This document shows, one piece after another, positions 1 to 9,290 of a stretch of 60,247 nt of DNA. The DNA is from a virus (Duplodnaviria; Caudoviricetes). Within the stretch, counting starts at the first letter, position 1. The number at the start of each line of letters is the position of its first letter. Below the pieces are notes generated by a model. It was given only the letters and a program-made list of their open reading frames with translations, searched no databases and had not been told where the DNA came from. Position numbers and translations under genes: made by a program. The stretch is taken from positions 1 to 60,247 of IMG/VR virus record IMGVR_UViG_3300033149_001001. The stretch is one strand, 5' to 3'.

Positions 1-114
1 ACGGTCCAGGGCATAATTGGGTGAAGAAGCGGTTCGACTTACCTATGGAGAGTGGTCGAGTCATCGGTCGAATCATTAAAGATGAGCGTATCGGCGTTCC
101 AGAGGATATGCGGG
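1..114. repeat. Terminal direct repeat, left copy (identical to 60134-60247); assembly overlap of a circular/permuted genome
   Basis: Exact 114-bp match read directly; the terminase ORF continues in frame across the junction. Confidence 0.95.
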
Positions 115-956
115 ATAAACCGCGTGTGGCAATTCGTAGTTCTCTCGCTGAGAACAAAATTATGCTGTTAGCTCAGCCGAATTACGTTCAAACGCTGAGG
201 TCTGCTGCTCGAAATGAAGCTGAACTTGCAGCCTGGATTGAAGGCTCTTGGGATATTACTGCCGGTGGGATGTTTGACGATATATGGGATGAAAGGATTC
301 ACGTCATCCCGGACATTCCGACGAATCTTTTGCGGAAATCTGGTTGGTTATTGAACCGGGCCTATGACCATGGGCAATCGAAACCATTCTCGGTGGGTTG
401 GTGGGCCCAGAGCAATGGCTCACCTATCAAGCTGTATGATCGCTTATTCGGAGAGGTAAAAGGTGATTTGATTCTCTTCAATGAGTATTATGGCTGTACT
501 GATGAAGAGGATGAGGGTCTGAATATGACCGCTCGCGAAATTGCGATTCAAATCAAAGAGCGGGAGAAGGAGATGGGTCTTCGTGGAAGAATAAAACGAG
601 GCCCGGCCGATAGTGCTATATTTGCCAGATATGACGGCACTAAAACGGTAGCCGGAGATATGAAAAAAGAAGGAATCTATTGGGACTCTGTAGATAAATC
701 ACCGGGATCACGTAAACAGGGGTGGCAACAATTGCGAACTCGATTGAGGGGTTCGATTCCAGATAAGGGCAAGAGAGAATATCCAGGACTGTTCGTTTGT
801 GAGGGTTGTCAGGATTGGCGACGAACAGTACCTTGTTTGTCTCGCGACGATAAGGATTTGGATGATGTAAACACTAAGACCGAAGATCATGCTGGGGACA
901 TGACCCGATACCGGCTGCGTTGGACTCGCAAAACCATTATTCAAAGGAATTGGTGA
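1..956 (+). CDS. terL: Terminase large subunit, C-terminal nuclease part
   Basis: RNase H-like nuclease motifs (AYDHG, GPADSAIF, EDHAGDMTRY); directly upstream of the portal. Confidence 0.92.
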   Translation, partial: GPGHNWVKKRFDLPMESGRVIGRIIKDERIGVPEDMRDKPRVAIRSSLAENKIMLLAQPNYVQTLRSAARNEAELAAWIEGSWDITAGGMFDDIWDERIHVIPDIPTNLLRKSGWLLNRAYDHGQSKPFSVGWWAQSNGSPIKLYDRLFGEVKGDLILFNEYYGCTDEEDEGLNMTAREIAIQIKEREKEMGLRGRIKRGPADSAIFARYDGTKTVAGDMKKEGIYWDSVDKSPGSRKQGWQQLRTRLRGSIPDKGKREYPGLFVCEGCQDWRRTVPCLSRDDKDLDDVNTKTEDHAGDMTRYRLRWTRKTIIQRNW

Positions 957-957
957 T

Positions 958-2397
958 ATGGCTGAGAAAAAGGAAGCAACTGTCGCAACGCCGAGCCTTG
1001 CTTATCAAGCGATGGCCTCGAAATGGCAAAAGATGAATACATTGCTTAGCGGCACAGACGCCATGCGTAAGGCTGGCGAAGATATGGCTCCTCGCCATGA
1101 GCATGAGAGTGAACGAGCATATGCAGATAGAATCGACTGCAATGTTTTATTCAATATGGTGGACCTTACTCTTCGTTCGTGGGTCGGTCGTCCTTTTGGT
1201 TCTCCGATCACGTATTCAGAGGATTTTGCTCCGCACTTGGTTCCCCTTATGGAGGATGTGGACCTTAATGGTAATAATCTTGACGTGTTTGCTCGTCAAT
1301 GGTTTCGTGACGGTGTGGCTAAGGCATTTTCACATGTGTTGGTTGAATTTCCGCGTGTGTTTCTTGGGCCCCGAACACTTGCCGACGATGATCGGATGAA
1401 TATCCGGCCATATTTTGTCCATGTGAGACCTGAGCAGATGTTTTTTGCGTTGGCCTCACGGGTGGGCGGTAGAGAGATTTTGACACATGTCCGAATTCGA
1501 GAAGAGCGAATTGAACTTGATGGTTGGGAAGAGATTATTGTTGAGCAGATTCGTGTTCTTGAATTAGATCATATCAATATGGGCACTGATGATGAGCCTG
1601 AGTTCATTCAGAAGGTGCGAGTTGACATTTATCGGCAGGACCCATCTGTAAAAGAGGAGAAGTGGATCATTGTCGAGCAATTTTGGATGGATATTGACTT
1701 TATTCCAGTTGTATCATTTTATTCGGATCGTCAAGGGTTTATGCTTGGCCGGTCGCCTCTGGATGATCTTGCCGACCTAAACATTCGGCATTGGCAGTCG
1801 ATGTCGGACCAAATCGCGATTCTTACGGTAGCTCGATTCCCGATTTTGGCGTGCTCTGGTGGTGACGATGAGGAAGCCAATTTGGTCATCGGCCCAAAAG
1901 AGTGGCTTTTTACATCTGATCCTACGGCTAAGTTCTACTACGTGGAGCACAAAGGTTCGGCCATTTCGGCGGGCGAAGTGGATATTGCAAATTTGGAAAA
2001 GCGTATGCAGTCCTATGGGGCTGAATTTGCAAAAGATCGTCCGGATCGTGAGTCGGCCTTGGCTCGGAACTTGGATACCACTGAGGCGACGTCACCACTC
2101 CAGGACGTAACATATAGATTCAACGATGCCATGAACTATGCGTTGTGGATGATGTCACAATGGATGCGAAAAGAGCATAGCGGCATTGCAAAAGTGCCCA
2201 CTGATTTCACTTCAACACAGGCAGCCGAACTTCAAGTTCTTTTGGAGACCTGGAAAGAAGGTGGCCTTACAACTGGAGAATATCTGCAAGAATTGCAGCG
2301 TCGTGGTCTATTAACTGAGGAGCTTGTGATCTCCTCAAAATCCCGTAACCCTGATGAAAGGAAACTGAACAATGAAGATTCTAAAGAAAGTCAATGA
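958..2397 (+). CDS. Portal protein (DUF4055-like)
   Basis: 479 aa after terL; LMEDVDLNGNNL and PLDDLADLNIRHWQS segments typical of this portal family. Confidence 0.88.
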   Translation: MAEKKEATVATPSLAYQAMASKWQKMNTLLSGTDAMRKAGEDMAPRHEHESERAYADRIDCNVLFNMVDLTLRSWVGRPFGSPITYSEDFAPHLVPLMEDVDLNGNNLDVFARQWFRDGVAKAFSHVLVEFPRVFLGPRTLADDDRMNIRPYFVHVRPEQMFFALASRVGGREILTHVRIREERIELDGWEEIIVEQIRVLELDHINMGTDDEPEFIQKVRVDIYRQDPSVKEEKWIIVEQFWMDIDFIPVVSFYSDRQGFMLGRSPLDDLADLNIRHWQSMSDQIAILTVARFPILACSGGDDEEANLVIGPKEWLFTSDPTAKFYYVEHKGSAISAGEVDIANLEKRMQSYGAEFAKDRPDRESALARNLDTTEATSPLQDVTYRFNDAMNYALWMMSQWMRKEHSGIAKVPTDFTSTQAAELQVLLETWKEGGLTTGEYLQELQRRGLLTEELVISSKSRNPDERKLNNEDSKESQ

Positions 2398-3175
2398 GCT
2401 AACTGAGGTCGATGCCAATCTTCGCGTGTTCTACGAGGAAGACACGGAGAACGGTGGGTATAAGCTCAAGAGTGATGAAATCACGGCTACAGCGATCTCT
2501 GTGATTTCTGGGCTCAATGGAGCTTTGGGGGCGGCCCGGAGTGAAGCTGAGGCTGCAAAACGAAACGGAACCGTTGATTTGTCCGTGTTGGCTGACTACG
2601 GCACTGACCCTCAAAGCATTGCTGATGCAGTCAATGCCAAGATTGAAGAGCTTTCCAGTGCGGCAACTTCGAGCCAGAAAGACATTGAGGCTCGGATCAG
2701 CAGGATCAAAAAAGAACATGCTGAGGCGTTGGCTGAGGCCACTTCCGCCAAGGATCAGGAGATTATGCGGCAGCAGCAGGCCCTTCACAATTATATGCTG
2801 GACACCGCCGTCATGAGTGCCGCGACGAGTTGGACTGGTCTGAACGCTAAACTGGTCGCCCCGTTTGCTCGTGGGCAAATGAAGGTTGCTGAAATTGACG
2901 GGCAGCCTCGTGTTGTTGTGGTAGACAGCGATGGGCAACCTCGTTATTCCAAAAATCCGGACCGGGCGGGTGAAATGATGCAGGCCGATGAATTGCTCAA
3001 AGAGATGTCAGAGCAGCCGGATTACCGTCAGCTTTTCCCGTCCCAGCAGGCTTCCACGGGTGGCGGTGCTGAGCAGACTCGTACGCCGGTAGGTGTTCGC
3101 ACCGGCGTCAAGAAGGAAAACATGACTTCGGCGGAGAAGATCAATGCGGGCCTTGCGGCAAGACGTCGTAGATAA
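2372..3175 (+). CDS. Capsid scaffolding protein
   Basis: Coiled-coil-rich, C-terminal MTSAEKINAGL motif, immediately before the capsid gene. Confidence 0.75.
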   Translation: MKILKKVNELTEVDANLRVFYEEDTENGGYKLKSDEITATAISVISGLNGALGAARSEAEAAKRNGTVDLSVLADYGTDPQSIADAVNAKIEELSSAATSSQKDIEARISRIKKEHAEALAEATSAKDQEIMRQQQALHNYMLDTAVMSAATSWTGLNAKLVAPFARGQMKVAEIDGQPRVVVVDSDGQPRYSKNPDRAGEMMQADELLKEMSEQPDYRQLFPSQQASTGGGAEQTRTPVGVRTGVKKENMTSAEKINAGLAARRRR

Positions 3176-3213
3176 AGGCCCTAAATCGGACCCGAAAGTT
3201 TTGGATTTTTTAC

Positions 3214-3242
3214 TTGACTTTCGGGTCCGATAATGTTATGAT
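3214..3242 (+). promoter_or_regulatory. Sigma70-like promoter of the capsid gene, overlapped by a 15-bp inverted repeat (3185-3199/3217-3231)
   Basis: TTGACT-N17-TATGAT in intergenic DNA. Confidence 0.65.
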
Positions 3243-3351
3243 GTAAATTGTAGCACTTGGCATGAGGGCGATCCTTGGCCGAAACCGCGATGGTTTTCAA
3301 TGTGCTTTCCCGTTGAAGATTGAGTTTTGCGAATGCTAAGGAGATCAAAAA

Positions 3352-4269
3352 ATGGCAAGTGTGACCCTCGTTGAAAGTGCCAAGCTGGCCCAGGACCAGA
3401 TGGTTGTCGGGCTTATTGAGTCCGTCGTGACTGTGAACCACATGTATCAATTGCTTCCCTTTGAGGGGATCGACGGAAATGCCCTGGCCTACAATCGTGA
3501 AAACGCCCTCGGCGATGTCCAGAATGTGGGTGTTGGCGATAATATCACTGCGAAGGCTGCGGCCACCTTTACGCAGGTGACTTCCAGTCTGACGACCATC
3601 GTCGGTGACGCCGAAGTCAATGGTCTGATTCAGGCGACTCGTTCGGCTCGTACAGACCAAACTGGTGTCCAGATCGCCTCGAAGGCGAAGAGTGCTGGCC
3701 GTCAGTTCCAGAACCATCTCATCAATGGCACCGGGGCCAGTAATCAGTTTAACGGCCTCCTGAATCTGTGTGCTCCCAGCCAGAAGGTTGCTACCGGAGA
3801 CAATGGTGGGGCCCTCAGTTTCGATTTCATGGATGAAATGCTTGATCTCGTCACTGCTAAAGATGGCGACGTCGATTTCATTCTGATGCACGCCCGTACA
3901 ATTCGTTCTTACAAGGCGTTGCTTCGGGGTCTGGGTGGCGTGACCATGCAGGAAGTCTATGAGCTTCCCAGCGGTCGCAATGTGCCGAGCTACAGCGGTG
4001 TGCCAATTTTGCGGAATGACTATATTCCGATCAACCAGACTAAGGGCATCGGCTCTAATCAGACGACCATCTTTGCGGGTTGTTTCGATGACGGTGATAT
4101 GCGGACCGGTCTACTTGGCCTGACGGCTGCCAATGCCTATGGCTTGATGGTCGAGGATGTCGGCATTTCCGAGACCAAGGATGAGCATATCTGGCGTGTC
4201 AAGTGGTATTGCGGCTTGGCTTTATTCAGTGAGCTTGCTCTGGCTGCTGCGGACGGCATCACCAACTAA
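3352..4269 (+). CDS. Major capsid protein (HK97 fold)
   Basis: 305 aa, AAGGAG RBS; TLVESAKL, LLPFEGIDGNALAYNRE and WRVKWYCGLA motifs; synteny. Confidence 0.92.
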   Translation: MASVTLVESAKLAQDQMVVGLIESVVTVNHMYQLLPFEGIDGNALAYNRENALGDVQNVGVGDNITAKAAATFTQVTSSLTTIVGDAEVNGLIQATRSARTDQTGVQIASKAKSAGRQFQNHLINGTGASNQFNGLLNLCAPSQKVATGDNGGALSFDFMDEMLDLVTAKDGDVDFILMHARTIRSYKALLRGLGGVTMQEVYELPSGRNVPSYSGVPILRNDYIPINQTKGIGSNQTTIFAGCFDDGDMRTGLLGLTAANAYGLMVEDVGISETKDEHIWRVKWYCGLALFSELALAAADGITN

Positions 4270-4284
4270 TCACTCTTGAGATCA

Positions 4285-4312
4285 TGGGGGCCTTCGGGCC
4301 CCCAGATTCTTA
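4285..4312 (+). terminator. Stable cUUCGg hairpin after the capsid gene (weak U tract, probably leaky)
   Basis: TGGGGGCC-TTCG-GGCCCCCA. Confidence 0.6.
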
Positions 4313-4327
4313 TAAAGGAGATCAGCA

Positions 4328-4885
4328 ATGTCATTTTATACCGTTACTTTGCCTGATAGTGCCAAGTCGCTTCTGCACAATGGTGTGGATCGAATGGTCG
4401 TTGAGGCAAATTCGGCCGCCCAAGCCAAAGTGCTGGCTGAGGCTCAAAGTTCTCTGGAACCCCATGCTCCCTGGGCAAATGCGACCGTAGTTGAGCAGAC
4501 CCAGAACCTTGTTGGTACGGTATTCACTATTACCGTCGATCCTGCGGGTACGCCTGTTGTGTTTGCTTATACGGCCGAAGATGGCGACACTTGGGAAGAT
4601 GTTGCTGAGGCTTTGGAAGTTCTGTGTGAAGTATCCTACACGTCGTCCTGGGCGAAGGATTCCACTCACGGGCTTCATGGCACGCTCGTGATCGCTACTG
4701 GCTCTGGGACGGACGATCTTGGGGATAAGGCCGTGACGGCAACTGCCATTGGCCCTAATGGGGAAGACCTGTCTGCGAAATTCTTCGGGAACATCGTGGA
4801 TGAAGGGTCTTCCACCGATGATCTGAGCGTGGATTGTCTCAGTATTTGTCCGTCACTTCGGGTAATCGGGGCATACAAAGGCTAA
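4328..4885 (+). CDS. Putative head decoration/structural protein (paralog 1)
   Basis: Follows the capsid gene with AAGGAG RBS; similar to 4916..5485. Confidence 0.55.
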   Translation: MSFYTVTLPDSAKSLLHNGVDRMVVEANSAAQAKVLAEAQSSLEPHAPWANATVVEQTQNLVGTVFTITVDPAGTPVVFAYTAEDGDTWEDVAEALEVLCEVSYTSSWAKDSTHGLHGTLVIATGSGTDDLGDKAVTATAIGPNGEDLSAKFFGNIVDEGSSTDDLSVDCLSICPSLRVIGAYKG

Positions 4886-4915
4886 GAACGTAATCCCAAT
4901 TTGAAAGGGTAGAAC

Positions 4916-5485
4916 ATGGCAGGTTTTTACTACGTGAAAGTCGCGGACGACGATCAGAAGACTATGATTGAGGGCAAAGATGGCTTTGTCGTCAATGCCG
5001 AGAACGCGACTGAGGCAAAGAAAGTTATTAAGGCGTCTCGCCTATTTCCGAGTGATGCGGCGGTAGAAGCTGCGTCTGCGACGTTGCTTGCTGATCCTGC
5101 GGACCTCGCGGATTGGCGTGCCAAGATTAGCATCTACAAGCCCGACGCTTCTTTGCTTGAGCAAGTGACGGTCACGGGTGTCTCCACAGCCACGGCCGAT
5201 AGCTTTGGGGCTTTATTGGTTACGGCCTTGAATGCAACCTCCAGTATTGCGGGAGCCGCATACAATGACAGCACGAACGTGTTGACCATTGCGGAGACCA
5301 CAGACGGTATTGGCGATCATACGGTTGTTGTGGAGTTTTTACCTCCAGCAACTTGGAGTGATCCGTCAATTTCGTTTGATGAGTTCTATTCCACTCTCGT
5401 CCACGAGGGCAACAGTGGAGAAGCATTATCGGTAACGCTGGTGCAAGTGACTACGCCCGCCGTTCTGTATTCGGTGGATGGTTAA
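4916..5485 (+). CDS. Putative head decoration/structural protein (paralog 2)
   Basis: N-terminus aligns by eye with the 4328..4885 protein. Confidence 0.55.
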   Translation: MAGFYYVKVADDDQKTMIEGKDGFVVNAENATEAKKVIKASRLFPSDAAVEAASATLLADPADLADWRAKISIYKPDASLLEQVTVTGVSTATADSFGALLVTALNATSSIAGAAYNDSTNVLTIAETTDGIGDHTVVVEFLPPATWSDPSISFDEFYSTLVHEGNSGEALSVTLVQVTTPAVLYSVDG

Positions 5486-5497
5486 TCGAGATTGATG

Positions 5498-5534
5498 GAG
5501 TCCGGGACGTCCCCGGACTCTTTCCTTTATTTTC
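5498..5534 (+). terminator. Rho-independent terminator
   Basis: GAGTCCGGG-ACGTC-CCCGGACTC followed by a T-rich tract. Confidence 0.75.
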
Positions 5535-5546
5535 GTAGGAGAAGAT

Positions 5547-5936
5547 ATGCAAAGCACTATGATCCGAATGACCCTGACAGGAGCCCTTACGGGCAAGACA
5601 ATTTTGCTGAATGGACATCAATTCGTCAATGGGGTGCATGAGTTTACTGGTGGACCCAGCGAGATTGATGGGGTTTCGACCTACTTCACCCGATGCTATC
5701 AAGTGAAGATTTCTATCCCTGGGCTTGAGAAGAAAGTTGCCGCCTCAGATCGTGATAAGCCGAGTGAACGACAGGCCGACATTATCGAAGCAGTTAATGC
5801 CACCGACAAAGAGTCGTGGATCGATAAAGGAGCCGCAATTCCTCATCCAAAAGTCAAAGATGTCGCTGAATTGATGGATGATCCGACCGTGACTAAGGCC
5901 GAAATCATTGAGGTCATCGAGAAATGGCTTTCATAG
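5547..5936 (+). CDS. Hypothetical virion morphogenesis protein
   Basis: AGGAG RBS; lies between head and neck genes. Confidence 0.55.
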   Translation: MQSTMIRMTLTGALTGKTILLNGHQFVNGVHEFTGGPSEIDGVSTYFTRCYQVKISIPGLEKKVAASDRDKPSERQADIIEAVNATDKESWIDKGAAIPHPKVKDVAELMDDPTVTKAEIIEVIEKWLS

Positions 5937-6442
5937 TACAGGACCCAGACACTCCAAAATCTGACGCGAATGCGTATATCAGTGTTGCGGAGTTTGCGGC
6001 GTATCACGCTGATAGAGGCAATGCCTATACCGCTACCGATATGGAGATCGAACAGGCGATTGTCAGGGCAACGGATTACATAGATGCCAGATGGACGTTC
6101 GCGGGCAGTCGGGAGGATGCGGATCAATCCACCGAATGCCCGCGATCTGGCGTCTATGCCCCTGATACCGGATATCTATTAGATGGATATCCAGAGGAGT
6201 TAAAAGAGGCGTGTGCTGAATATGCCTTATCAGCTTTGTCCGCATCACTTTATCCGGCACCCAATGTGGATACTACCGGCCGGACGGTCAAGATGACCCG
6301 ACGAAAAGCAGACGTCATTGAGAGAGAAACAGAATACGAAAACCCGGCGAAGGTGGGGTGGACAAGTTACCCCCTGGCTGATGGTCAAATGAGAAGAACG
6401 CGATTGCTGTCTTTGGCTCGCCGCACATTAGGTAGGGCATAA
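5924..6442 (+). CDS. Head-tail adaptor (DnaT-like family)
   Basis: ANAYISVAEF...AIVRATDYID...PEELKEACAEYAL motifs. Confidence 0.8.
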   Translation: MAFIVQDPDTPKSDANAYISVAEFAAYHADRGNAYTATDMEIEQAIVRATDYIDARWTFAGSREDADQSTECPRSGVYAPDTGYLLDGYPEELKEACAEYALSALSASLYPAPNVDTTGRTVKMTRRKADVIERETEYENPAKVGWTSYPLADGQMRRTRLLSLARRTLGRA

Positions 6443-6443
6443 A

Positions 6444-6803
6444 ATGGCACTCCCCGTCGAATGGGCTTGGCTTGAAGATTTGATTGCCGAAGAGGGCCGA
6501 GCCTTCACTCTGACGCCTCCGGGGACTCTTCAAGATACGGATAAGCCTTGGAGGGGGAACAAGGCGGGCACGGCGGATAACGAGATTGGTGTTTTTGTCC
6601 GGTACAAATCTCGTGAAGTGGATGGTGACGAGATTCGCCGAGGCGACCAAAAGGTGTTGACAATCCCCAGTGAAAATATCGATATTGAGGATGGGACCAA
6701 GCTGGTTGATTCCCTGGACTCTTCCAGTTGGCACGTAGTAAATGTGGAGAAAATTACGTCAGGGTCCGATATTTTGCTTTACATTTTGCAGATAAGGCAG
6801 TAA
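6444..6803 (+). CDS. Head closure/head-tail joining protein
   Basis: Size, synteny, DGDEIRRGDQKV and C-terminal YILQIR motifs. Confidence 0.7.
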   Translation: MALPVEWAWLEDLIAEEGRAFTLTPPGTLQDTDKPWRGNKAGTADNEIGVFVRYKSREVDGDEIRRGDQKVLTIPSENIDIEDGTKLVDSLDSSSWHVVNVEKITSGSDILLYILQIRQ

Positions 6804-6811
6804 AATAGGGT

Positions 6812-7228
6812 ATGATCGCTTCGCGTACAGATGCAAGAGACATAATTCTCACTACGGTGAAGGCCGTAGTGGAGGCACAGTCATTATACGCAATTTATGA
6901 CGATACGGTAAAGCAGCCACCCACAAGTGGATCAACCAAGTGGGTTCGTGTTTCTGTGAGGCATCGAAACGGTTCACGAAGCTCTTTATCAAGAAAAGAT
7001 GGGTCAGCCAAGCATACCCAATCGGGCTTTGTTTTCGTGGAAATTTTCACGCCGCGAGACAATGGGTTGATTCAAAGTGATATTTTTTCTGAGTTGTTCG
7101 CTGAGGCGTTCCGAAGCTATAATGGTGATATTTGGTATCGGGATGTATCAGCGGTCGAACAGGGCCAGGATGGTAATTGGTATAGAACAGACGTAATCGC
7201 TGAATTCCAGTATGATTTGATACAGTAA
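6812..7228 (+). CDS. Tail terminator protein
   Basis: Immediately before the tail tube; GFVFVEIFTP and WYRTDVIAEFQYD motifs. Confidence 0.7.
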   Translation: MIASRTDARDIILTTVKAVVEAQSLYAIYDDTVKQPPTSGSTKWVRVSVRHRNGSRSSLSRKDGSAKHTQSGFVFVEIFTPRDNGLIQSDIFSELFAEAFRSYNGDIWYRDVSAVEQGQDGNWYRTDVIAEFQYDLIQ

Positions 7229-7239
7229 GGAGTACGTTT

Positions 7240-8778
7240 ATGGCTGCACCAGTAAGTAAGATCAATTCTAATGTGGTGGAAACAGCGTATGCAGAGGAAG
7301 AGAGTATCAAGACCTTGCCGACGACTCCGGTTTGGCGTCCTCTTGATGTGAATTCTTTCACCGATTTCGGTGGTTCAGTTTCCACAATAGCACGGACGCC
7401 GTTTCGTGCGGATCGACAGAATCGCAAGGGTTCGGTTGTCGATCTGGAGGCGGCTGGTACTCTGAATCATGACCTCGTTCAGGAAGGTCTTCAAGACCTC
7501 CTCCAGGGGTTTTTCTTCGCCAACCTGCGAACCAAAGTTGAGTTCGGTGGGGCAGGTGAGATCACCAATGTGGATGGGACAGGTAATGACTACGAAGCGA
7601 CTTCGGGCCTTGACGTATTTGAGAGTGGCGATCTTGTGATGGCATCCGGCTTTACGAATGCCAGCAATAACGGTCTCAAGACGGTCGTAACTGCGGCTGC
7701 GGCCTCGCTGGAAGTAAGCGAGACCATTATTGATGAGACGCCTCCGGCGGGTGCGAAACTCGTCCAGGTAGGATATCAGTTTGAGACAGGTGACGCGGAA
7801 TTGGATGCTGCTGGTGATCTTCCGATTCTCAAGTCCACCACGAAAGACTTGACAGATTTCGGCCTCGTTCCGGGCGAATTCATTTATATTGGCGGGGATA
7901 TTGCGGTCATGCAGTTTGATACGGGCGGCGGCGGATTTTGCCGAGTTCGCTCAATTGCGGCCCATGAGATCGTTTTGGATAAATCGCAGAATGATCTTTC
8001 GACCGACGCCGGTACTGACAAGACTATCCAAGTCTTTTTTGGCCGAGTGCTCAAGAACGAGACCGGCACTGACATTGTACGTCGAACCTACAATATCGAG
8101 CGAAAGTTGGGGGCTCCAGACGAGGATGAACCGACGCAAATTCAATCGGAATACCTCACGGGTGCAGTGCCCAATGAAATGAGCCTCAACATTCCCACGG
8201 CCGACAAAGCAGTGATGGACCTTTCCTTTGTGGCGATGGATCATGAGCACCGTAACGGAGCTACTGGTGTTAAAAGCGGTACACGGATGGATTCTGTAGA
8301 AGAGGCCGCATTTAATACGAGTTCCGATGTCCCTCGCATCAACATTGCGGTTGTGAGTGATACGGACTCAAATCCCACGGCGTTGTTTGCGTTTGCCGAG
8401 GAGATGACGTTGACGATCAACAATAACGTCTCTCCTGACAAGGCCATCGGTGTGCTGGGTGGTTTTGACGCAAGTCATGGCAATTTTGTGGTGACGGGCA
8501 GCATGACCGCCTACTTCATGGATGTATCGGCCGTGACCGCCGTCAGAAACAACAGCGACATTACCTTGGACATGCACCTCGTCAAAGACAACGCAGGCAT
8601 CACCGTGGACATCCCGCTGCTGGGCTTGGGCGATGCTCGTCTGGACGTGAACCAGAACGAAGCGATTCGCATTCCGCTGACACAAGAAGCTGCGATTGGA
8701 ACTGGAGCAATTGCTGGATTCGATCACACACTTCTAATGTCTTTTTGGGATTATTTGCCGGACGCCGCTGAGGCGTAA
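7240..8778 (+). CDS. Major tail tube protein
   Basis: 512 aa, TAAGGAG RBS, followed by a terminator and the chaperone gene. Confidence 0.85.
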   Translation: MAAPVSKINSNVVETAYAEEESIKTLPTTPVWRPLDVNSFTDFGGSVSTIARTPFRADRQNRKGSVVDLEAAGTLNHDLVQEGLQDLLQGFFFANLRTKVEFGGAGEITNVDGTGNDYEATSGLDVFESGDLVMASGFTNASNNGLKTVVTAAAASLEVSETIIDETPPAGAKLVQVGYQFETGDAELDAAGDLPILKSTTKDLTDFGLVPGEFIYIGGDIAVMQFDTGGGGFCRVRSIAAHEIVLDKSQNDLSTDAGTDKTIQVFFGRVLKNETGTDIVRRTYNIERKLGAPDEDEPTQIQSEYLTGAVPNEMSLNIPTADKAVMDLSFVAMDHEHRNGATGVKSGTRMDSVEEAAFNTSSDVPRINIAVVSDTDSNPTALFAFAEEMTLTINNNVSPDKAIGVLGGFDASHGNFVVTGSMTAYFMDVSAVTAVRNNSDITLDMHLVKDNAGITVDIPLLGLGDARLDVNQNEAIRIPLTQEAAIGTGAIAGFDHTLLMSFWDYLPDAAEA

Positions 8779-8800
8779 ACCAGAGTAAACCGAAGTAAAC

Positions 8801-8838
8801 AGGTCCGGGGACGTTCCCGGACCTTTCTTTCTTTTTTG
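8801..8838 (+). terminator. Rho-independent terminator
   Basis: AGGTCCGGG-GACGTT-CCCGGACCT plus T tract; very similar to the 5498 terminator. Confidence 0.75.
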
Positions 8839-8855
8839 TATAGGAGACAGAGAAA

Positions 8856-9290
8856 ATGAGTAATCCATTGCGTAAAATGTTTGAGACTGACAAAAACGTC
8901 GAAAAGGAAGGCGTGATTGTTGAGTATGCCCCAGGCGTTGAGATCAGAATTGCCCGTGCGGGAGGAGGCAATAAGCGGTTCGCGAAGGTATTGTCCCGAC
9001 TGGCGAGGCCGTACCGCCGAGCAATCCAGACTGAAACCATCGACCCCGAAATCCTTTTGGGCATTTTTCGGAAAGCGTATGCCAAAACCATCATCTTGGA
9101 CTGGACTGGTCTTACGAAAGACCTTCTCACGCACGATGATGCTGACGCAGAAACTTCTCTGGAATTCAACGCGGAGAATGCTCTGAGCTTACTTGAGGAG
9201 CAGCCGAATTTGTTTGCCGACATTCAACAGGCTTCGGACAACATCGCTCTTTACCGTCAGGATATCCTGGAAGCTGATTCGGGAAACTGA
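8856..9290 (+). CDS. Tail assembly chaperone (G-like)
   Basis: Between tube and tape measure; ends in slippery G GGA AAC TGA. Confidence 0.85.
   Translation: MSNPLRKMFETDKNVEKEGVIVEYAPGVEIRIARAGGGNKRFAKVLSRLARPYRRAIQTETIDPEILLGIFRKAYAKTIILDWTGLTKDLLTHDDADAETSLEFNAENALSLLEEQPNLFADIQQASDNIALYRQDILEADSGN

Noticed and set aside
745-765. GGTTCGATTCC T-loop-like string as a tRNA
   Set aside because: Inside the terL coding sequence with no supporting cloverleaf
3181-3891. Long minus-strand ORFs opposite structural genes (this one, 2399..2938, 8600..9223, 41517..42149)
   Set aside because: Antisense shadows of well-supported + strand genes, with no recognisable motifs
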